Part shown: one piece after another, positions 38,142-52,100 of the stretch
Position numbering within the stretch: position 1 is the first letter of the stretch
Layout of the letters: the number at the start of each line of letters is the position of its first letter
Notes under the pieces: model-generated
The model's database searches: none
What the model saw: only the letters and a program-made list of their open reading frames with translations
Told to the model about the DNA's origin: nothing
From: Pocillopora damicornis
Taxonomy: Eukaryota
NCBI RefSeq assembly: GCF_003704095.1
Contig: NW_020845831.1
Span: 1-64,000 of the forward strand
Direction: 5' to 3'
DNA length: 64,000 nucleotides
Position numbers and translations under genes: made by a program

Positions 38142-41100
38142 ATGTTGCATTTGGCATTATTTCTGCCTTTTCTCGTCAATTTTGTTACTTGTGAAGATGA
38201 CCAAACTATGGCCCTGGTATGTAGACATAAAGATTCATTTTCTTGGTAGGAAATGACTCGTTTGTCGATAGCGCAAATGAGTGAAAAAAGAAACGTGAAG
38301 GAATCCTTGCAAACTTAACGTAAAATGTTTCAATATAGGCTTACATTTGAGTATCACTTACTGTCATTACACGCCTCCTTTAAAAGTTGGAAGGGCTTAT
38401 TACTATGCAATACTAATGATTCAAATCCCTTAAAAATGGGGCAAATATCCTTCTTAATGACTGTTTCTAACTTTTTCGTTGGGTATGAAAAGGGTATTTT
38501 TTTTGTTCTAAAGTGGTGCTTCAAATCAAGTGTTTTTACTTTAATTAGCAGGGTTTACGCAGTCTTGAAATCTTTTATTTTAAATTTGCCCCGTGTACTC
38601 TTGCTCAAATACGAGGAGAGGAGATTCCTGAAAGATGTCTGCAAATTTCAAAACCTACTGTAAAGTTGATTTTTTGATGAAAGAGGTCCTCTGAATAGCT
38701 GAAGCTCCTCGAACGCTGGATCTCCTTTTCAAAAAGGTGTAAAAGAGATTTGATCGTACAGTCTTGACACCCATAATTGACCATGATCAAACAACCCATG
38801 AAGTTTCATACACCTCACTTAACTTTGATCCTTTTTTAGCATCTAAATATTCTGATTAAAAAAAAACCTTGTATTTGCGTGACATTTCGTCTAAGATAGG
38901 GGAAAAATTGGATAGTTTTTCAGTTATGTCAAAAGGAAGAAACATCACTGTCGTTACACATAACGCCTGCATATTTCCACTTTCCCTGGTCAAAGTCGTA
39001 AAGCGTAAATTTTTCACATTCAAGATTAAGAACTACATTTGTACAGAGTAATTTCTTTAACCTACTTTCATATTCTAGAAATTTCTAGGCCATTATGGAT
39101 ACATCTCATCCTCACGAAGCGGTAACCACGATGTAGCGACCGCTATCCGAGGGTTTCAGAAATTCTATGGTCTCCCAGTGAATGGCGAGCTCGATGAAGC
39201 AACAGTTAGTCTCATGAAGAAGCCTCGATGTGGTATGGCAGACCCTGTTGAGGAGGGCAGACGCGTGCGAAGGTACGCTACTAATGGAGAGTGGAGAAAG
39301 AATCATTTGACTTATTTTGTGCAGCATGGCTACGATCTACCCAATGTAAGTAGCAACCCGCTACACCCTAATATCAATATGCAGATTCTCCATTCTATTC
39401 TCTACACATTTCCTTTGGTACTAAGTGAATTTTTTTAACATAAAAAGCTTCTTGAGTCGGCGTTCATTTCCTTTTTCTCCCAATCTAAATATTTAATAAA
39501 GGAGCAAAAGTGAAAAGACAGGAGAAACTAGACGCTAGTCACTCGAAGGGGGGAGGAAGAGGTGAAAGGTTTCATGAAAATGCTATTGCACGATAACGAT
39601 GTTTTTACAGTACTTTTTAAGGGAATGTAATTTCAGAGAACTACCTGTACCCACGAAATTAATCCTTTTTTCTTTTGTATATATGAATAGGCTTGTGCTT
39701 CACGTATGACAAGCTTTCCTCCTTCTCTCCCTTAGGATCAACAAACGGTCATATTTGGTCAAGCATTTAAGTTCTGGGCTGATGTGTCCGGAATGTCATT
39801 TAGCGAGGTCATGGATGCCAACAGCGCAGACATCAAGATAAGGTACATCGATTTACGCTGTTAATGTTAAGCAAGAGTCATGGGATGAGCAAACCACAGG
39901 TACAACTGTAAGCCTTAGGTTGAGTTAAGAAAGCTGATTTCATGTTTAGCTTAGAATGTTTTATTCACACAATCACTGTTTAGTAAAGACTATTAGCGCA
40001 CACGAGAAAACAGACATTCACATGCAAATAAATACGGAAACATTGAAAGAGGAAAAAAGCTTCGCTATTCGCATTGAAGGAATAAACTGTTTCAACCATC
40101 ATTAAACTCCAAAGGAAAAGCAGAGAACAGATTGGTTAACCTCAATAACCAAAGACAGGTTTCTCTTCAATAAACTCCTCCATGTAAACTGGACACTTCT
40201 TTTACTTCATAGTTTTGGACGGTACAGTCACGAAGGGACTAGTGTGGAAAGAACTTGTCCTTATCCCTTTGACGGAGCTGGAGGTACTTTAGCGCATGCG
40301 TACTATCCTTCTGACGGACGAGCTCATTTTGATGAGGATGAAACGTTTACTCATGACACATCTAGTGGTACCAACCTTCTGTGGGTGGCAACCCACGAGT
40401 TTGGTCATTCTTTAGGACTGGCTCACTCTAATGTCCGTGGTGCCATCATGTACCCCTACTATACAGGCTATGTACCAAATATGCAGCTTCATTCTGACGA
40501 CATTGCAGGGATACAGTATTTATACGGTGAGTACAAAGCGATTTTAGTTTTTAACATTATTCCATGATAGGGATGTAGGAGATCACTATGCGGTGAGAAA
40601 GATGGACGTTATCGCCGCGTATGGCTCAATGAAACTGGTGTTAGCCATTGCTAAAGAGTTCTCTACTGAGTAGTCCAGAAACTATGATGGGTAATTGGGT
40701 TAGCGTCTATTCGATAGTTAGTCGACATACATGTAAAAGCTCTCCTTATTGGTGGAAAGCATACATGCTCGTCGGATCCACTCAGAAGAGTCATTTCCAT
40801 ATGTTGATTTTCATGTCAAGCTCATAATGGATTTTATTAGTGGATGTTATTTCTTTGACCTGTTCGGGTGGCAATTTGCGCAAAGTTTTATATTTTTGAA
40901 TGATCATATGACTCGTCCGGCCTTCCCCGCGTGCGACTTTTTTGATAAACAGTAGACAAAAGTCCTCGTATGACGTCTATACGTGATGGCTTGAGCAGGG
41001 AGGCAGAGAGCCGTGCAGCGCTTTGAGATGCAAGCTAAAAGAAGACGGGATCAAACAAAGAGAGCGACTTAGTCAACGAGTACATGATATTTGATGGATT

Positions 41101-42632
41101 GCTACAAAATATTGTGGCAGAAGTTTTCTTGGGAAGATCTGCTCAGATAAGTCATAAAGTTTTATGGTTGTCACATAAACGATTTTTCAATTTCCCTTTT
41201 TGAAATGTACGTGTGCTGTAGAAGGCCACCTTAAAACGCATAGGTTTAGTTACACTGTCTTGAAATTTTATTGTCCTTTTCCTTTCAAACAGGCCCCAAC
41301 ACTGGCGGTGGTGGTGGAGTACAGACTCCTATTCCTAGCCTTGCTCCCACTACTCCTGCTCCCACAGATTCAGGTAAGAGACTGTGCTTAGAAAAAAAAA
41401 TGTCGTTTGGTGATGTTATTGATGCACAGAAATAGAGAAGTGTTAAAAACTTTCCAGGATCTATTGTATGTGTTTATAGAAGTATCAAGATCCTCAAGCA
41501 TACTTGTCTTAAACAGTATTGAGATAATAGACTGTTCTTACAAAAACATATTGTAAGTGAACAATTCACTTTACATGATTGAATTTGTGATCAGAAAACC
41601 TGAAAGTCTTAAATGTATTGAAATAGAGAAGTTTTAAAATTATTCAGGATGTATTGTGTGTGTTTACACAAGTGTTAAGGTCCTCTGGCATATCTGCATT
41701 AACTAGTATGGTGAATAAGCTTATCTAGTAAATATGCCCCTTTAGACGGTTGGATTATCCGCTGATAATTTCCGCGGCTGAGATATTGTCCGAGAAATGA
41801 ATATTTCGCTGAGAAGCCAAGCTTCGAAGGCAAATGTGAAATTTTGAAAACAATCTCTCAGCCAAGATCAGAGACCAGTTTATTAATTTCATTACCAGTG
41901 GACTCTGCAAAATGAGTTCGTTTTTCTTCCATATAACTTAATAGAGATAAAAAGTGAAACTCTCTAATTATTTAGTTTATTAATAATGTTAATTAATAAT
42001 AATTTATTTAATAATATATTAATAACATTTATTTATTTAATCATTTAGTATATCAATGTCATTGCCAATGGACTCTGAAAAATGAGTTCGTTTTTCTTCC
42101 ATATAACGTAAAAGAGATGAAAAGTGAAACTTTTGAGCTGATTTTTCTCACCGGCTTTGCTTATTCTCGACAGAACTAATCGAAGAACAAATATAAACGT
42201 AAATGGGGATATTGCGTGATCACTATCCACTGAATTTAAACCACGTGACGTAAAATAGCCAATAAAGTCGCGCGAAAATTAATGGGTGGGTTATAACCAG
42301 AGATATTTACCGGTTCGGTTTGGGCTCATAGCTGATGTCAATTATATGATGACATACCATGCAGGTACGTGCAGCGACAGAATGGGATGCAAACCTTATG
42401 TGGATGCTGATTATTGCCGAATATACCCCGATAATATGAAGTACTGGTGCCCCAAGTCCTGTTTCAATTGTAAGTTGTACACCAACTATCAGTTATTAAA
42501 TTTATTCATTCAAATCCATTCATTCAATTGTTAATTGGTTCCCTTTCTTTCTGTCTTTCTTTCTTTTTTCTTTTTCACTTTTATTGCTTAGTAAATGATG
42601 GGAGCTTTCTTTTGCTTGCAGGTAACGTGTGA
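38142..42632 (+). CDS. MMP paralogue C with C-terminal ShKT domain; exons 38142-38216, 39079-39345, 39736-39842, 40213-40526, 41293-41373, 42365-42469, 42622-42632
   Basis: Signal [43 protein letters not shown], Gly/Pro/Thr linker and Sh[36 protein letters not shown]; AATAAA at ~42705. Confidence 0.92.
41715..42296. mobile_element. Non-autonomous element with ~75-bp internal direct duplication, in intron of MMP C
   Basis: GGACTCTG.AAAATGAGTTCGTTTTTCTTCCATATAAC...AAAGTGAAACT repeated at ~41890-41962 and ~42060-42132 around an AT-rich low-complexity patch. Confidence 0.5.
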
Positions 42633-44239
42633 ACGCCGAAACTAAGTGTCACGTGAGACGCACTCTACAAAATCATTGATGTAGAAGTATGTCAGATACA
42701 ACTCAATAAAAAATACATAATTGCATTTGGTAAATTTGGTAAATCTTAGTATTTGCTAAAGAAGAGAAAAAAGACAGGCTAATTTATGTTACTTCATAGA
42801 GAACCCTGGGTGAATGACGACGATCAGGGTCCCAGATTAACTTCGATGGTGATCAGTTGAAATCATTTGAACTCAGGATATATTTTGATACGGCCCAGGA
42901 TCTCGCACTTTCGTCTCTACTTTCGAGCCAAGAGTCTTTCCGTATTCTTTGATCGAGAGCCTAGCACAGACTCGTTATAACAGATTTCCCTTGTTTAAGT
43001 GCGTAGATATATTTGCTACAATAGGGGATGAATTACGGCTTTATATTATGATTTTGAAATTGTGCAAAATTATTTAGTAAACACTAAAATAGAAACAATG
43101 AAATATTGGGTCGGTCAATGTTTGAGAAATTCGTAACTGGCTGCCAAAATTATTCCGGGGTTAAGATAATTTTTCTTGAAGTCTCAAATCTCAAATTTCT
43201 TGGCCTGCATCGTCCCGAGTTTTGAACAAACATTTAGTTCTAATTGGTACTTGATCATTTTTCTGACAAGCCGTTGTGATAACACAATTTTTTTACTACA
43301 CACGGTCGAAAAGCGCAATGCATGGGGTTAAAGAGAGGAGCTTGACTGTTCTTTGACGATTTGTGCCTCAAATTCTTGCCTATACTATATCAGGACGAAC
43401 AGCATCAAAATTGCAACCATACAAAGCACTCAGGACCTACTGCGTTCATTTGAATAGTCCGTTTAATCAATCATTCGTTCGTCTAAGCTACAGTGCTACT
43501 CATGGTCAAAGCTAACGATTTTTATGCTTTCAAAAGGTGCTCCAGATGTCGTTCCTTTCAAATACCTGTAGTTTGGATGTGAGTACCTATATGATCGGGA
43601 TAAAAATCATAAAATAAGGGATGATATAAATAAACAAAATAGATTTTACTAAATGCATCGAATAAAATGGTAATGATTAAAAACTATCGGCAAAAACTTT
43701 ATGCCCTGTACTCGTCGAAACATAATTTAAACGTTTGACATCATCCTGAAAGTAAGTCATTTCGCCTTTCTATCAAAGTATCCAGAATAGACAAAGAAGC
43801 CAATCAGAAGAGTGTTTTAATTAAAGCATTAAGACAAAAAAACAGAATAGCGACACGATTATGATATTGAATAAATTTAGTAAATAAAAAAGTTAAAAAA
43901 AAGGAAAATAAGAGACAAATAGCAGCAAAAATCTAACGCCTGGTTCCTCTCGTCAGTTCTGATCAGTCTCATTATTTCCACTTGGTTTAACTTAATCTAA
44001 ACGCAAAGGCAATTTCGCCTTTCTATTATGATTTCTCTAGCTAACTTAACAGATAAGGTCGCTGATTAGATGAGTACATAAAGCATAGAAGAAACAGAAC
44101 AACAAGACAAAATTTGACTTGGAGAAAGGTCTGATGAGTTTAAGACCGTGCACAGCCAACAAAAAATTGGAACTTTTATTTTTGCACTTTTTTGAATCAG
44201 TCATCCTAATCTTCCTGCAGCATTAACCTCCCCTCGGAC

Positions 44240-44520
44240 ATATATGTTATTCACCAGAAGGGAGGTCCGTATTGGGAAAAACTGTGCCCAAGGTCTTGGA
44301 TGCCGCCAAGATACACAAGACAGAGAGCACAGTTTTTCCCAATACGGACCGACCTTGGCTGGTGAATAACATTTTTATTTTTTTCTAAAACCTAACAAAT
44401 GGCTGCGAAAAAAACCGCCCGCTGTGAGCGGGCAGGATGGGGAGAATACTGCCCGCTCTCGGAACCAATCAGATTTCAGGAGTTGTAGAATACCGCCCGC
44501 TCACGAACTGAGAAAAAAAT
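44240..44520. mobile_element. Palindromic non-autonomous element
   Basis: Long inverted arms ATGTTATTCACCAG..GGTCCGTATTGGGAAAAACTGTGC and GCACAGTTTTTCCCAATACGGACC..CTGGTGAATAACAT (44244-44373). Confidence 0.75.
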
Positions 44521-44631
44521 AACAAGGTCTTACTGCCCTCGGACCAAGGTCTTACTGCCCTCAGACCAAGTTCGCACTGCCCTCGGACTCGGACTAAGGT
44601 CTAACTCATTACATATCACGTACTTTCCAGT

Positions 44632-47620
44632 TCAGCAAAATCTGCATGTTTTCCGACAGTTAGCCTGGACATATCTGTTGGAGCGGCAGTATCTGGTCCA
44701 TCCACGGCAACGTCGATCCTTGTCTACACAGCCTGAAAATGAAAAAAAGGTTATCATTCCTGTTTCCCAAAGGTAGAATGAATCAGAAATAAACTGTTAA
44801 CCGGGTCCTCTTACTTGTATGGGGCACCTCCATAAGCTTAACTTTTTTGGGTGACTGGGTGCAATTTCTTCGAGGAAATCACTGCTTGAAAATTTAATGT
44901 AACTGCCCATTCACATCTTGGTCATTATAGCTCGCTGAAAATTTGGTTTAAATTTCATAACAAATCTCCTGGAGGTATTATGAGAAAAAAGGCGAATGGT
45001 GTAGCAATTTCTGTTGACGTGAAGTATTACAAGTTCTTAAGATCCACCGAATGAAAGATTTACTTTGAAGAAGCAGTTTATATCTAAGCCCTTTTAGATT
45101 TGATAATTTTGGAAATAGTGGTTCAGCAGAAATGGGGTGTCTTGGAAAAAAAATCTATTTTAGGGACAAAAACGAAATAAGACCTGTTCGGCTATTTTGG
45201 ATTACGAGACCAGTATCCAAGGGCGTACATAGTTGAAATGACTAACTCATAATCCTTATCAAAGGGAAAAGTATTCCAAGAAATTGTGTCAAAAAAAATG
45301 AAAATGGGCGAAAATCGAGGAAGGGTTTCAGCCCACCCCTTCCCTCCTTACAACCTAGCGAGGGTGTCACTTTCGTGTTACTTAAAAGGTAGAATAATTG
45401 ATCGATGTCTCCCCTCTCCCGGATGCTTACCTCCGCCACCGCCACCTCCACCTCCACCGCCGCCTCCACCTCCGCCCCCACCTCCACCTCCGCCGCCAGA
45501 TCCTATATGATGATGACACAAATAGGAAATATCAGTCAGTGAGCTTTTTAGAAATAAAAGGAATTTATTTTAATGTGTGAATAATATGGGAAAAAATGAT
45601 CCTGACACAAATTCAGGCTTCTACAGGGCTCGTTCTCCTGCCTCCCTTTCGCCAGTAAGACACTTCTCTCAACTCTGCTAAATGTACGAAGCAACATATT
45701 GCACTTAACTCCCACTCGTGACCATGCACTTGATCACTGTAGGTTGTAAAATAGAGCACCATAAAAAATTATCTTTGTGGCGCACGTATCAACATCATCT
45801 TCGAATTAAAAGGCCTATGGCTTGAATTTAAAGCTATGATTGTTGCTGAAAAGTTCTTAAAGATATCGGAAAATTAAATTCCGCTCTGGAGGAAAACAAA
45901 CTCACATGCTTTTCAAAATTCGGGCTAGTATTTCATCATGGCCTAAAAGAATGCCTACAATGTTAACTACTGTAATTAAGAGAAGCTATGATAAGTTTTC
46001 TCTCCCTCACCGTAAAGTGAGCGTATCCCTGCAATGTCATCAGAGTGAAGCTTCATATTAGGAACGTAGCCAGTATAGTAGGGGTACATGATTGCACCTT
46101 TGACGTTGGTGTGTTCCAAACCGAGTGAATGCCCAAATTCATGGGTGGCAACCCACAGCAAATTTGTTCCCCTTGATTGCCCGTCTGTGTATGTTTCATC
46201 TTCGTCAAAATGGGCGCGGCCGTCCGAGGGGAAGTACGCGTGTGCCAGAACCCTACCCGGGCCGTCGAATGTACTTCCACATGTTCTCTCAGCACTGGTT
46301 CCTCCGTGTCTTCGGGTTCCAAAACTAAAATCAGGAAAGGTAAACTGAACAAATTAACAAACATACACATAGACCATAAACAACCATGCAATTTGTATGT
46401 GAACAGACAGATAAACAAACAGGCAGACATACATCCATCATTTTTTGTTACTCTTGTCTTTATCTGAAGATGACCATTTTGATAAAAAGGTTTTCGTTGA
46501 AGACAACGCTTTACCTGATTTTCAAATCAGCTTGTCCTGCATTGTTCACTCTCCTAAACGAGAGCGATGATACGTCAGCCCAATATTGCAACGCCTTAGC
46601 AAAAATACGGTCTTGCTGATCTCTGCTGAGGTCGCGGCCATGTTGGATGTAGTACGTCAAAGAAGTCTTCCTCCATTTTGAGGCTGTTTTATAGCGGCGA
46701 AAACGGTTACCGCTTGCCACTTCATCTGGCATTCCACACCTCGGTTTTTTCATCAAAGTTAGAGTAGGTCTGTCCAGACGACCAGTAACATCCAAGCCAG
46801 CAAAACGCTGAAAGTTGCTGATGGCTTTCTTCACATCATGGTTGCCAGATCTTGATATTGAAAGATAGCTGAACTGGTTGAGATATTTCTGTTACGATAA
46901 AAGTTAAAAAACGTGATCACTCAGTGGCTCATGTAAAAAACTAGAGAAGTGTCATATGTTTTAGCCGAATTTGTTAGCGTAAGATTAAAGTTCAATTTGA
47001 TAAAATATCTGAAAAGGAAGTAGAAAGAACGTATTCACGCCCAGGAATCATGCTTTACAGGAGTACCAAGTATTAGTACCAAAGACACACATTTGCACGT
47101 AAAATCATTTCATAGCTAAACAAAGAGTACGAGTCCCAGCAAATTCTATTTTCACGCGCCCAAAAATGACCGAGGCATCTCCTGTTTGGAAAGGAACAAA
47201 GGGGCTGATTCTCCGAAATAAAAACAAAATTCGTAAGTCCTGAAACGATGCCGGTAAAGTATAGAAAAAGCTGCGACATATTTCTTAAATGTATGCAAAC
47301 CTTTTTCATTGAACTCAGATATTTCATTTTCAAATAATTTTGTAGTCATAAATGATATTGAAAAACTCCAACTTGATGGAGTATCATTGATTTCCTTTGC
47401 TAAAAGCTGGAAATAAGCTGTTGGGTTAATCATCCTAGTTACAGTTGACTAATACGTTCTTTGAAACTGGTTTTTACTGCAGCTTTTTCAGAGCTGGTAA
47501 GATTCCCAATAAATCCTCTCCATTATAAATCTTTCTTCCTACCAGCGCAAATGATTCTTCGTCTTCTGCTTGGACGACTCCTAATGCCACGATTGTGGCA
47601 AGGAGCGGTAGCGACCACAT
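44632..47620 (-). CDS. MMP paralogue D with poly-Gly linker and cationic ShKT domain; exons 47620-47543, 46888-46515, 46324-46011, 45502-45431, 44732-44632
   Basis: Signal [44 protein letters not shown], a linker exon of ~22 Gly and Sh[34 protein letters not shown]. Confidence 0.92.
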
Positions 47621-49158
47621 GTTGTCGACTTCTTCTTCTAGCAAACCGTCTGGTCTCGTGGTACTCTTTTATGCCTAACATAAGCTTTAAGCTAAATCTC
47701 TGTTCAAACAAATCAAAATGACCACTTCTCAGTTGTCCAGATGTGCAAAACTGTTAGATTAACTTTTAAGGTTCTTATTGAATCTTCTTATTGTATACAG
47801 TATCAGCTGGTTAGACTTAAGAGCAGAGACGCTATAAACTGATCAAATTATGTCATGTTACCTTCCCTCGAAAGTGCAGTTGTGTAAAGATGCTGAAATA
47901 AAACTTCACATTCATAGTGAATTTTTTTACCAACATCAAGCTGATCAAATAAAAACTGCAACTGCTAAATACTTTTGATATTCACTCTTCAGTTCATATC
48001 AAATTTCGTGAATTTTAATACCAACATAAAGCCGTTGACAAAAATAAAAGCAGCCAATGCTGAAACCTGTTAAAACTTACCCTTCAATGCATATGAAATT
48101 TCGTTTTAAACTTGTCTGAGGTATTTTCTCTTAGAAGAACATTTTCTGATGAGTCTTAATGAGAGGGAAACGTTATGACAAGAAATCCCTTAAAAAATAC
48201 GAATCTCCTTATTAAGTATTAATGTTGCATTATTGGAACAAAAAATATCGATTAGCTTTGTTTGCTTCACATATGGAAAAAATATAGTCACTCCTACATT
48301 AAACAACAATGTATCTTTGGAGTTATAAAATGTTTTAGCATATGTTAAAAACAGTGGTAAGCGTTGAAAGTGAGCTCTGATTGGCTAATCAAACTCCGAA
48401 TATCCTACGCCATTCAACTCCAAGAAACTCGCGCGGGATTTGTGCCATAAAATATTGCAAGTTTTTTTAGGAATAAATAAGTTAAAACCATATCTTTGTG
48501 TCGTATTATCTTATTTTTTTAGTATACATTGAAATCGTGTCGCCACTTCGCAGCTCAGTAAATATCCACCACTAGCCACCTCCATCTCGGTGAATGGGGA
48601 GGGGGTGGGGCTTTTTTTCTATGTTATACTGTACCGAATGATTAAACTTTATACCAAGTTGATATTATGACATTTCATATTTCATATTGCGGAAGGTGAT
48701 ATGTCTTCAATATTAAATTTTTTAAAATAACTGCTGGAAAGGAAATAATGATCAAAACATCTTTTTTCGGACAGGCTTGCAGACGTTACCATACTTTAAT
48801 ATACCGGAATGCGCAGCTCTCTTCTTGAACCAGATATCCTGTCGAAAATATCTAACAACATCCACTCTCGATTCACTTCTTGTATAAAAACATATAAAGA
48901 TATGAAATTTAGGGGACATTCAGTTGTGCAAACATCAGTTTGAGTTTTTCTTCCTCCTGATGTAAACATAGATATTACTTTTATTTCGAAAGATTACATC
49001 ACATTCACACTGAGCAAAGTAAAGCTCAATTCTAAAAAAGCAATTTCATATTTGTTGAAGTCTGTATTATCATAGCTGTCCAAGATGTACAAATGACACA
49101 TGAAAAAACTAATACGTAAAAAAAGAATCGCCATTATCTTCGAGATTTCTCGAACACT

Positions 49159-52100
49159 ATGTTGTGGCTTCTAGCTCTCTCCTTTGGGGCGCTGGCCCTG
49201 ACCCACGCTGAAGATGATGCTACAGAGGCTATGGTAAGGCGTCTTGTTTTTGCGTTTATATAGGATAAGAAAGAAAAAGTCTGTATGCGATTGCAAGTTG
49301 CACAGCCGCCTAAGCCTATCACGTTTCTGAGTGTAAAACAACTCGGTGGTTCAAGGGTACATTCACACTCTATCTGACTGGCATTCATCCGTGGGCAAGC
49401 AACCCAAAAGTGTTTTGTAAGGTTTCGCTGCCACCATTAATACTCCTGGGTGGATGAAATGGGCTGTTAAGGTATAGTGCACAGTCCAAAATGTAGCCAC
49501 TATCACTAGGTTCTACAATTCTATTGTCAAGCGAACTCAGTAACCAGTCCGTGTCTACCACAGGTGGTGAGGTGGGAGATAAAACATAATCCAAACGTAA
49601 ATATGCCACCATGTTCTGTTACCACTCGAAAATTCAAGTCGACCTTTTGAAACTCGACGGCAAATTAACCGTGTTCTCGTAGTATCCCCTCTTTGAAAAG
49701 TACCTTCGTTTTCAGTCTGCTGGTTTTACAAGATGGTGAGAAGGAGCAACTCGATCGGGAGAGTAAATGTAAAATCGCTGGTTTCAAGTGGCTCGCGCGA
49801 GATTCCTAGAACCATCGCCAGGATCTGACTGTTATTGCTCTTTACACTAAAACTACTATCCACCGTGTCTTTGTCCATTAAGGATCACAATCTCATTACA
49901 AAAAAGATACACTGAATTTACATACATATTTGATACCTATACCATTCATTGACTAACAGCTGAAGTTATGTTTCCGTGGAAAATCTTCATTCTTCTTCTT
50001 CGTTGATAACTCGTTATTTCCTATTAACTTGTCTTTGTTATAGAATTTCTTAAGCCAGTACCATTACCTTTCGACCTCAAGGTCTGGAAATCATGATGTG
50101 AACACTGCAATCAAGAACTTCCAGCGTTTTGCGGGGCTTAAGGTTACCGGCCGACTCGATCGTGCAACAGTAACGCTTATGAAAAAACCGCGATGCGGAA
50201 TGCCTGATGATGTGGCAGCTAGGAGTCGCGTAAGACGTTATAAGACTGGCTCGAAGTGGCGTAAAACACATTTAACGTATTTTATCCAGCATGGTAGAGA
50301 TCTGCCTCATTCGCAACAAGATCGCATTTTCCAAAGAGCTTTACAATACTGGGCTGATGTCTCAGGCTTGTCCTTTTCCAGATCCTCCAGTTCCAATGCC
50401 GATCTTAAAATAAGGTGGGAGGATGTGAAGGAAAAAATGACGATTTTGGCATCAGCCACGACAATCTTAGGGATCAGTCATGATCTATCACCCTGGACTT
50501 TGGGAGGGGGGTGTTTGATGATAAAAAGAGCATTAAGGGGGACTATAGAAAATTGACCGCCAATTTACTGCAAAGGGGGAGGGGTAGGGGAGAGGATCAT
50601 AAGAATGATACGGGGCCTTATGGGGGCATCAGATAAATTTATTGTGACACAACCAAAGTCCTCCTATCCCTACCCACCCTGACTATTAAAATTTTGTCAA
50701 AAGTCAGGAATTAAAGCGAAAAAAGTAATTTAAGGAGCCCGTCAAGATTTGTATATTAACCACAAAACTCTGAACAGATAAAGGCTAGACCAAAACTTTT
50801 TTAAGTCGGTAAGCATATTCACTTTACGTTTTCGTTTTAATTTATTAAGCGTCCTAAGTACTTTACCTCTAACTGTAACTATACTTCTGTATCTCCAAAG
50901 TTTTGGATCCAGATCTCATGGAGGAGTATACGGTGAAAGGAGATGCAACTTCCCTTTTGACGGGCCGGGAAAGGTCTTGGCACATGCTTTCTTTCCATCA
51001 GATGGCCGTGCCCATTTTGACGAAGATGAAACATACACAGACGGGCAGTCAAGAGGAACAAATTTACTGTGGGTTGCCACCCATGAATTCGGTCATGCTC
51101 TGGGTCTTGAGCATTCTGATGTGCGCAGAGCAATTATGTATCCTTATTATACGGGATACGTTGAAAACATGCAACTTCATTCTGACGACATCAACGGCAT
51201 TCGATCTCTCTATGGTACTCGTCTTGACTGTTGATGATAATGCTGTCGTTTTGTGTTGTTTGATTTTCACCTCACCCTCGTTATTCTCTTGGTTCATCAT
51301 GTCTGTACTATTTTTAATTTTGCCATCTTAAGTTAGAAACGTGATCTTTTATTTTTTACAATCGTGATTAGCTTTCGCTACGGGAACGAAGGACCATCTT
51401 AACTTTGCCTCACTTCCAACATGTAGCTTCGTAGATAAGTTGGTAGCAGAAACAAATACATCTAAGGCTTAATTTTTCAGGCTTCATTTCTAAATTGCTT
51501 TAATTGTAGTTCACCTGTGATAATCGTTTCTCGGCTTTTTAAGTCAGAGGCATGTGTTATAATTATGATTTAGTTTAGTGGCATGTCTGTTCGTTTTGGG
51601 GTTCATGATATCTTTAAGTCCTGGGCGTCGTTAGTGCAGCTAAATGCTTCTTTGTTAGACGATAGTAGGTTGGTTCTTTTGACCTTCACCGTGCACACCG
51701 TTTAACTCTTCAACTCCCCGACAAGTTCTGATTATTAATTCTCCTCTGGCCGCCACACATATCCTTGAGAATTAGTAACGAGAATTTGGTGTTAGATAAA
51801 GATGAAAACCTCTACTTAGTACGTTTGAGTATTCTCATTGGCTATTTACTGGATTACGTGGGGATAATTAGGGAGAGGTTACATGTTGACCAACTCTTAG
51901 AGTTAAAGTGTTAAGAGCATTTCAACCGTAATGAAACCACTGACCAACAGCAACTTCCCATAAATTTATTTAGACCGAGGTCTCATAGCTATATTTTCTT
52001 CCCTGTTTTCAGTCCCCCAAACAAATGCTCTCCATAGCTGCACGGATTACTGTCTTTTCTTCCTTTTCAGGTTATGGCAGTGGTGGAGGGGGTCATGTGG

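Noticed and set aside
45286-45510. Poly-proline ORF on the plus strand
   Set aside because: Antisense shadow of the poly-Gly linker exon of MMP D, which has proper splice sites on the minus strand.
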